Assembly (NCBI GenBank): GCA_002269645.1
Contig: NIVC01001564.1
Location: 124,001 to 188,000, forward strand
Direction of reading: 5' to 3'
DNA: 64,000 bases
From: Macrostomum lignano
Taxonomy: Eukaryota
The first letter of the stretch is position 1; each line of letters opens with the position of its first letter. A program made the position numbers and the translations under genes. Of the stretch, positions 56,613 through 64,000 are shown piece after piece. Below the pieces are notes generated by a model. The model made no database searches. It was not told the DNA's origin and worked only from the letters and a program-made list of their open reading frames with translations.

Positions 56613-57156
56613 ATGTCTGTATTCTCTAGGCTGGGAATTTTTGCAACTTACCCCTGGTCCACCACAATTTATGGTGGCCAGATTAGCCAGGTTGGCCAGC
56701 CAGCAGTTGCAGATGTATGATTTTAACTATATCTTAACTTGACATAAACATATAGTAGGTACATGGCAATATGGCATAGATTCCTTTGATTAATAATTAG
56801 GCATAATATAGCCATAGGAATTTTGCTTCTTTGCTAACCTTCTTGCTACAATACATTGCTAGGTTAGACCTAGTATAACCAAGACAACTATAGGCCTATG
56901 GCTATACCAAGATAGCCATAGATCTAAATATCTAAATTGATAATTAATAGACCTAAGTCTAAGACTAGGTATATTTTTTTCATTTCCTATAGGCTATGTA
57001 GGCCTATAGGCTATAGGCCCCTATTTGGCAAATATGAAGTTTGTAATTGTAGGCCTAGGCTAGTTTGCTATCAACTTATTAAAAAGATAACCATATCATT
57101 ATCAAGGAGAAGAATCAGAAGATAATAGTTAGGTTTTAGTAATGCCGCCAGTATGC

Positions 57157-57864
57157 TGTAAGGTTTACTGGTTTATACAGAGCTTGCGTGCGCGGCAGCC
57201 GTCCACATAGTGTTTTAATTGCGTGTACGTCAGGTCTGCATCTTAGTGAATAAGGTGGTTTGAAAAGATAGATACTTCGGGCAGTAGTAGTAGTAGTAAG
57301 TTTGGCTCAGGCAGGAAGCCTGTTTGGCCAATATATTTCAATGTATTTAATAGATCAAGAGTAGAAGGAAATATTTATGATAAGTACCCGTCGCTGTAGC
57401 GATTTTAGCAAATTTGAATTGCCGCCTACGTTGAGTTCGAACGAATCAAGCCGGAAGATCGCGCAGTTAATCTCAGAAACCGGGTTACTCCGTCTGCCGG
57501 GTTCCTTAATTCTGGGGGGAGTGTTGTTGAAGTCATAGTCGAGTGGTCGTAAATGGGCGTCGTTCAAGTTGGGTCCTATGATACCGAAGTTTAATGTGCG
57601 TCGATTTGCGTTGAAACTTACTAAGAGTAGCGTAGGGCTGGAACATTTGATTATCAGAAGCTTGCTTGGAGTTGAGAATTGGGTTATTTTGTAATGAACG
57701 CGCAACCGAGAAATACGTGTATTATTCAAGAGTGCCAAAAAGCATATTATATAGAGGGGCGAGGGGGGCTGAGCAATCGATAGCAACGTACATGATTGGG
57801 GGACGGGGCGGCTGGGGCGCAGATGTGCGTACAATAAATTATAGTTACAAGTGCATCACTGACA
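57157..57864 (-). repeat. Probable 3' LTR of the Gypsy element
   Basis: On the minus strand a PPT (AGAAGAGAGA) directly precedes TGTCAG. CCAAT, GC boxes and TATATAA lie at 57745-57830, with ATTAAA downstream. The candidate end ...AGTAAACCTTACA is uncertain and no second LTR is in the window. Confidence 0.5.
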
Positions 57865-58235
57865 TCTCTCTTCTAATAGCAAAAATCGAGAGGAATTAAA
57901 ATCAATTGTTCGAAGAATTATCACTAATCACTCCTTTCTAATAGCAAAAAAAACGAGAGGAAATAAAATCAATTTCTCGAAGGAATTATCGCTTCCAAAA
58001 CATTTCATTATTTGCGCATTAGGCATGTGCGAGAACTCAAAAAAATATTTCTATTAAAACAAATGCAAAAATTAATTTTTTTTCAAAATTTTTAGACAAA
58101 AAAAATCAACAACGAAATTCGATTTAGATAAGGAATAAAATATTTGGAATATTTTCTCAGCAACAAAATCAGCGGATTAATTGAAAATCCATGTTACAGT
58201 CCTTGAAAACAAACAAAAGTCACTGTCCCTATCAC

Positions 58236-60933
58236 TCACACGTCATGTCTGTAGCGGAGAGGCGGAATGCCCTTTGTGGCCCTGGCAGAGCGGCGCAGTG
58301 GCTCTTCAGGCTCCGCAAGGTCTGATGCCGCCAACTCATCGCCGGCCGGAGCCGCCTGGGCCGCCCGCTGGACGTCTTCGGCTTCAGCAGTGGACTGCTG
58401 CGGCGGCACTGGTCGCAGGTCCCGGCGATTGCGAATCAGCTCCCTGCCGCTTTGAGTCAGCAGTCGGTAGTTGCGGTGCTCCGGGTCAGCTTGCGTCACA
58501 ACAGCTGGCTCCCATCTGAAACCATGCCGAAAACGAACTGCATCTCCCTGATTCAATGTTGAGAGCGGTCGGGCTTGCTGGTCGTAGTGCCGTTTTTGAG
58601 CAGCCTGCAGCGGGGCTTTAGAGAATCCGGTTGTTCTGTCTTTGAGCAGCGCCTCCTCACCTGCTGGCAGCTTCGTACGAATCAACCGACCGAACATGAG
58701 CTCGCTGGGGCTGGTGCTCGTACCGCTAATTGGTGAAGCTCGATATTCCATTAGCGCAATTTCAGGCTGATCAGCTTTCCTCAGGATGCTCTTTGCCACT
58801 TTGACTGCCTTTTCAGCCATCCCGTTGGACTGTGGATATCCGGGTGACGAGCGCGTGTGCACGAACCAAACTGTGCAGCAAACTCTTGAAACTTAAACGA
58901 GCTGAATGGGGGCCCATTGTCACTGACCAGCTCTTCGACGATACCGAACCTGGCGAACATCGACTTAATTCGAGCAATCACTAGGTCAGCTCCAGACTGT
59001 TGACCTAACTTTGCCAGTTCGATCCAGTTGCTGTAATAGCAGGTAACGACTAGCCACTTGTCGCCATTGAAGTCCAGCAGATCACAACCAACCTTGGTCC
59101 ATGGTGCATTCGGAATCTGATGGTTCAACAGCGGTTCCTTTGGGTTGGCCGGCTGAAACGTTTGACAAGTGCTGCAGTTCTTCACGAAGTTCTTAATGTC
59201 CGCTGACATGCCTGGCCAGTACAGAATTTGACGAGCTCGGGCCTCCGTCTTGCCCGCGCCAGCATGACCTTCGTGTAAAATTTGCAGAATCTTCTGTCGC
59301 AACGATGCTGGAACAATAACGCGGTCCAACTTCATCAGCACGTCATCATTGTAGGTCAAGTCCTCCTTGAAGCTCCAATACGGACGGACAGAGTGGCAAA
59401 TGTTCCAAAAGTTGCTTGGCCAACCCGTCAGAACAAACCGGGCTACAGAACTTAAGTCCGAATCTTTGCGGGTCTCGTCTCGGATTTCTTGCAAAGGAAT
59501 GGCGGAAATCGGGAGGCTCTTGCTCATTTGATGCACCTCCACCTCAATTTCGTCGTCTAGAGCAGCCTCGGCCTCCGGAAGGTAAGCTCTTGAAAGCGTA
59601 TCGGCAATCAGCATCTTGGATCCCGGTGCCCAGGATACACGCAGATTGTATCTTTTGAGTTGGTACAGCATTCGAGCAATGCGTGGCGGAACATGCAGCA
59701 AGTCACGCTTAAAAATAACCTCCAGGGGCTTGTGGTCTGTAGTCACTCGTACTACTGGAAGGCCATATATGTAGTCATGAAATTTCTTGCAAGCAATAAC
59801 AACGGCCAGAGTCTCCTTCTCAATCTGAGTATAGTTCTTTTGCGTGTTGGTCAGCGCAGCCGATCCATACGCCACAGGCTGTCCATTCTGCAGCAAAACG
59901 CAACCAACTCCGACCGATGAACTGTCAACTTGAAGCTCAACTTCCATATCGGCGTCAAACAACCTTAGCACAGGAGCGTCCGACAGAACATCTTTTAGCT
60001 TCTCAAAAGCTTGCTGCTGCTTCTCTTGCCAGTCAAAAAGCACCTCCTTCTTGAGCAGGGCACGAAGAGGTTCAGTGATGTCCGATGCATTCGGAATAAA
60101 CTTGCCCAGGTAGGTTGCCATGCCAAGCAGCCGCATCACTGCCTGCTTATCACCTGGAACCGGAAGCTCTTGAATGGCTTTTACTTTAGCAGGATCTGGA
60201 CGAACACCGTCAGATGAGATCACGTGACCAACATAGTTTACTGAAGTAACACCAACTTTCAATTTCTTGCGATTTAGCTTTAAATTCGACTGACGGGCCT
60301 CACTGAGCACCTTGAGTAGCTTCTGATCGTGCTCTTCGCGGGTCCGTCCCCAGACAAGCATATCATCAACAATTACCTCAGCCCAGCTGCTGAAAATTTT
60401 GCTTAGCTCACGTTGGTAGACTTCCGGTGCATCAATAGTTCCTGGGGCAGGCGAACAAATTTGTATCTGTCCCACGGAGTGTTGAAAGTACAGAGCTGTG
60501 TACTTTCTTCGTCAAGTCTTATCTGCCAAAAACCAGTCTTTGCATCCAGCACGGTGAAATACTTGGCACCTGGAATGCGCGCAACAACTTGCTCGACTGT
60601 TGTCATCGGGTAGTGAGCGCGCTTGATAGCTTTGTTGAGATGTGTCGGATCGATACACAGTCGCAGGCTGCCATCTGGCTTGTGCACAGTAACCAAAGAG
60701 TTTACCCAATCCGTTGGCTCAGAAACTTTAACGATGACTCCGAGGGCCTCCATGCGCTTTAACTCCTCCTGAACTTTGCCTTGCAGCGCAAAGGGAATCT
60801 TTCTCGGAGCATTGACGACAGGAACAGCATGTTCATCGAGAGTAAACGAGTGCACGTAAGGCAAACAGCCAAGCTTGTCGTCAAACAGGTCACTGAATTC
60901 CTCTAGCACGAACTTTTCGTCAATCACCGGTGG
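58236..60933 (-). mobile_element. Ty3/Gypsy pol (RT-RNaseH-integrase) with two -1 frameshifts (~60445, ~58870); 5' part interrupted
   Basis: RT motifs LRLCIDP, LDAKTGFWQI and IVDD. RH motifs VDSS, IEKE, TDHKPL and ADTLSR. Integrase HHCC, CDLL, SDNG and SNGMAE. Confidence 0.93.
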
Positions 60934-60989
60934 CTGTCTCCCAAGAAAACGAAAGGTGAAGGTTACCCAGAAGGAAGGTGGGATGCCAG

Positions 60990-61490
60990 CCGAAGCGGCC
61001 CGCTGCGCTCTACCGCGATGGCGGAATTGGTACCGCTCTACCGCGCTGCTCGTCCAGTCGCCGACCCGCATGATAGCGTCGGGGATGCCGGCATTCGCGG
61101 CGGACTTGGCGCCCCCCCCCGCCGCAACGATCGAGTGCCCGGAAAAGCTGGCCAGCTCTGAATACCCAGCCGCCCGCAGGGCCGTCTTCAGCCGCTTGGC
61201 AAAGGCGTGCGCGGTGAGCGGCGCGAGGGCTGCGGGCCCCGCGAAGAGATGATGTTGAGCATCTTGAGGATGGTTGATGAGCAGCTGCTTCTCGAGCGCT
61301 GCAACTGGCCGGCAAAGTCGATTGCCGGCTTGGAGCCGCGACAGAAAGACACGGTGCTGGCGCGCACCAAACTGGTTGGTTTTCGACCTTGGAATGACGA
61401 GAATATAGTGCCGGCACTAGCCGGCCTGATGCAGCTCGCGCTGAGGTCCCGAAGGAGGTCAAACCAACCGGCGACGCACAGATTGGCCCG
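60990..61490 (-). mobile_element. Tyrosine recombinase C-terminal half of an Ngaro/DIRS-type retroelement
   Basis: The open frame from 61410 reads HYILVIPRSKTNQFG...LCRPVAAL...FSGHSI...GDWTSSAVERY, including the catalytic Tyr. Confidence 0.85.
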
Positions 61491-63153
61491 CAGCGGTGTC
61501 GGAATTCATATTTCAAAGTGGGGGGGGGCTATTGGTGGGAGGGCACATTGCACATGATTTTTTTAATCTAAGGGCACCCTAACTCCTGCTGTTATGTCAG
61601 TTTGTGAAATTAATTGTGACAATCAGGCCAATATTCAATGCTGTGTCCGGAATTAAAGTTAGCCAAAAGTCTGAAAAATGTTCGAATTTTCAACTAATTC
61701 AAACATTGCGCAACTCCACTGCACTATCAATTTATTTAGTAAATATCTCAAATGAATGAAAATTGCCAAGGCAAGACCAGTGGCTGCCTCCTTCAGTTCC
61801 TCTTGGCGCTGTCTCTTTATTCTATTATCTGACGGCATTTTAGTGCTTTTAGTTGCAGCGCCAGCAGCGGTTTAAGTCTTGGGATTGCGGCGGACTCGGA
61901 ATTTCGATCAGAGATGCCAAAGTACGAGCTAAAAGGGCTGAATACTAAAACAGGGGTTGGCAAACTCCGGCCTAAGGGCCTAATGTGGCCCGCAAAGCCT
62001 CTCTATCCGGCCCTTGGGTTCTTTGAATCTTCACAATAGCAATCCGGCCTGCTCTATGTTTGTGTCTCTTCTTATATTATCCTGTCCTCTCCTTTCCTCT
62101 CTTCTCCTCTCCTTTCCTCTCTTCTCCTCTCCTTTCCTCTCCTCTCCTCTCCTTTCCTCTCCTCTCCTCTCCTGTCCTCTCCTCTCCTCACCTTTCCTCT
62201 CCTCTCCTCTCCTCTGCTTTCCTCTCCTCTCCTCTCCTCTCCTCTCCTCTATTCTCATCTCCTCTCCTCTCCTCTCCTCTCCTCTCCTCTCCTTTCCTCT
62301 CCTCTCTTCTCTCCTTTCCTTTCCTCTTTTCTCATCTCCTCACGTCTCTCCTCTCCTCTCATCTCACCTCTTTCCTCTCCTCTCATCTCACCTCTTTCCT
62401 CTCCTCTCCTCTCCTCTCCTCTCCTCTCTTCTCATCTCCTCTCCTCTCCTCTCCTCTCCTCTCCTCTCCTCTCCTTTCCTCTCCTCTCTTCTCTCCTCTC
62501 CTTTCCTTTCCTCTTTTCTCATCTCCTCACCTCTCTCCTCTCCTCTCATCTCATCTCTCTCCTCTCCTCTCATCTCCTCACCTCTCTCCTCTCCTCTCAT
62601 CTCTCGTATCCTCTCCATTCTCTTCTCTCTCCTTTCCTCTCTTCTCTCTAATATTTCGACTCTCCTCTCCTCATTTATCTCCTCTCTCCTCTCTCCTCTC
62701 CTATATTATCTCTCTTCTAGTCTACTCTCTTCTTTATTCCTTCGCCTCTCCTTTCTCCTGCGCTCGTATTTCTCTTCTCTATTCCCTATCCTCTCTCCCT
62801 ACAGCCCGCAGTCATCAGAGACTCCTGGGCGCGCGTTTCGCTTAGGGGGCCCAGCGAAGCGCACCCAGAAGGGCAGCCATGCGCTGCTCTCAATCTGGCC
62901 CTTGAGGTAAAAAGTTTGCTGACCCCTGCACTAAAAGCACTATAGGCTTAGGCACATTAGATAAAAACCGTAGTGGAATGGGATTGAGAACAACATGAAC
63001 TATTATATCAGCTGGTACGAGCGTAAGCTTCCAAGACTCAGAAAAGCCAAAGCCGAAAACGGCCGAGACTTGCTTGAAATAAAAAAGGGCACTTGCTGGA
63101 TCATGCTGAAAAGTGGGGGGGGGGGGCTTCAGCGTCCCATGCCCCCCCCCCTG
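61491..63153. mobile_element. Composite hAT-like non-autonomous insert splitting the YR gene; includes a Charlie-like end at 61951 and a CT-rich tract at ~62080-62770
   Basis: Left end CAGCGGTGTCGGAA..AAAGTGGGGGGG and right end GGGGGGCTTCAG..CCCCCTG. No TSD; about 25 YR codons appear deleted. Confidence 0.55.
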
Positions 63154-64000
63154 GAGTGCTCGGCGCAGTCGCTGGAGGTCGGCTGGCAGAAGCGCTTGCT
63201 TGCTCTTTGGAGCAGCACCAAGGAGCGGTCGGGCTCCGCGCAGCGTGAGCTGTACCAGCGGTTGCTTGGTAGGGTCGACCACACCGTTCGCCTTGTAGAA
63301 CCAGGACACGGCTGCGAGGTGACATGACAGACTGCTGACGGAGAACAGTCGGTTTCCGGCCAGCTCCGCCAGCTAGTTGCACACGTCGGCAGGCTGCGCT
63401 GACAGTGGCCGAACTCCATGGGCATCGCAGAACCGCAGCCAGAATGCGCACTCGGTGGCGTAGGCGGCGCTGGTTGAGCTTGCGAAGCCACCGCCGAGCA
63501 GTTGGCGGGCGGATGAGCTGAGGCCAGGCACAGGAGACCACAGGAGGCGGACCTGAAAAAGAAGGTGAGAAGCAGCGGCAGGACTCAAGCAAGCAGATGC
63601 AAGCAAGCGGGTAGGCACGTAGCAGGTGCCGTAGAAACGAAAAAGAAAGTTAGCAAGCTGGCTAGGGTCGTTAGCTCTAAACAGCGGATCCGCGAGAAGC
63701 TGAAAGCGGCCCGGCACGTGGTACGCGCGCACGATAAAGTCACGTTGGATGCAGGTCAGAGTGACGAGCCTCTGCAGGTCGGCGATGCCCGCGGTACTTG
63801 GCCGAGTTAGAGTTGATGATGCCGCAGGCAGCGGTGCTGTGCGTTTACACCGCAACGGAGCGGCCGCTGAGGGCCACTTGGTGCTTCAGGATAGCGACCA
63901 CCAGAGGGGCAGCGGACTCCTTGAGGTTGATGTGGAGCTCTTCAAACTCGCTACCGCAGTCGAGCTGCCATAGTAATAAAAAGCCAGGTCGAGTCACTGT
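63154..64000 (-). mobile_element. Ngaro/DIRS-type element: RNase H end and YR N-terminal domain, continuing beyond the window
   Basis: RH end AYHVPGRFQLLADPLFR. YR N-domain ASSTSAAYA..FWLRFC..G..P, LAAVSWFY..NG..DPT and LTLRGAR, with a premature TAG at 63373. There is no DIRS1-type methyltransferase between RH and YR. Confidence 0.8.

Noticed and set aside
58190-58200. TGTAAC as the Gypsy LTR start
   Set aside because: There is no polypurine tract before it; the PPT+TG at 57864-57874 fits better.
35400-62910. Many Leu/Ser-rich or Arg/Glu-rich ORFs (e.g. 44839..46176, 41941..43056, 62014..62910)
   Set aside because: These are translations of GA/CT low-complexity blocks with no domain signal.

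Overview
This is eukaryotic (metazoan) DNA, rich in repeats. The host is probably a flatworm such as Macrostomum, inferred from the RPS19 sequence, the TTAGGG repeats and the satellite-filled introns. Host genes: a probable ankyrin-repeat gene end (922-2065, +), an intronless TRAF-family gene (3222-5113, +, one frameshift), the splicing factor SYF1/XAB2 (7 clear exons, 26018->17810, -) and RPS19 (2 coding exons, 33735->32597, -). The most notable structure is a full-length R1/LOA-type LINE (APE-RT-RNaseH-CCHC, 9653-15033) lying exactly between two copies of a ~4.5-kb segment. Each copy carries a mariner and the last two SYF1 exons with intact splice sites, and the copies differ mostly at synonymous sites. 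Each of the six internal SYF1 introns holds a different tandem repeat. The 34-53 kb region holds tandem arrays of Helitron-like units, and four of those units embed a (CTAACC)7-9 telomeric block. The right end is a Gypsy element interrupted by an Ngaro/DIRS-type tyrosine-recombinase retroelement, itself split by a hAT-like insert. Every net frameshift I checked is a single-base loss, which suggests long-read consensus errors rather than decay. All counts were made by eye; no searches or computations were run.
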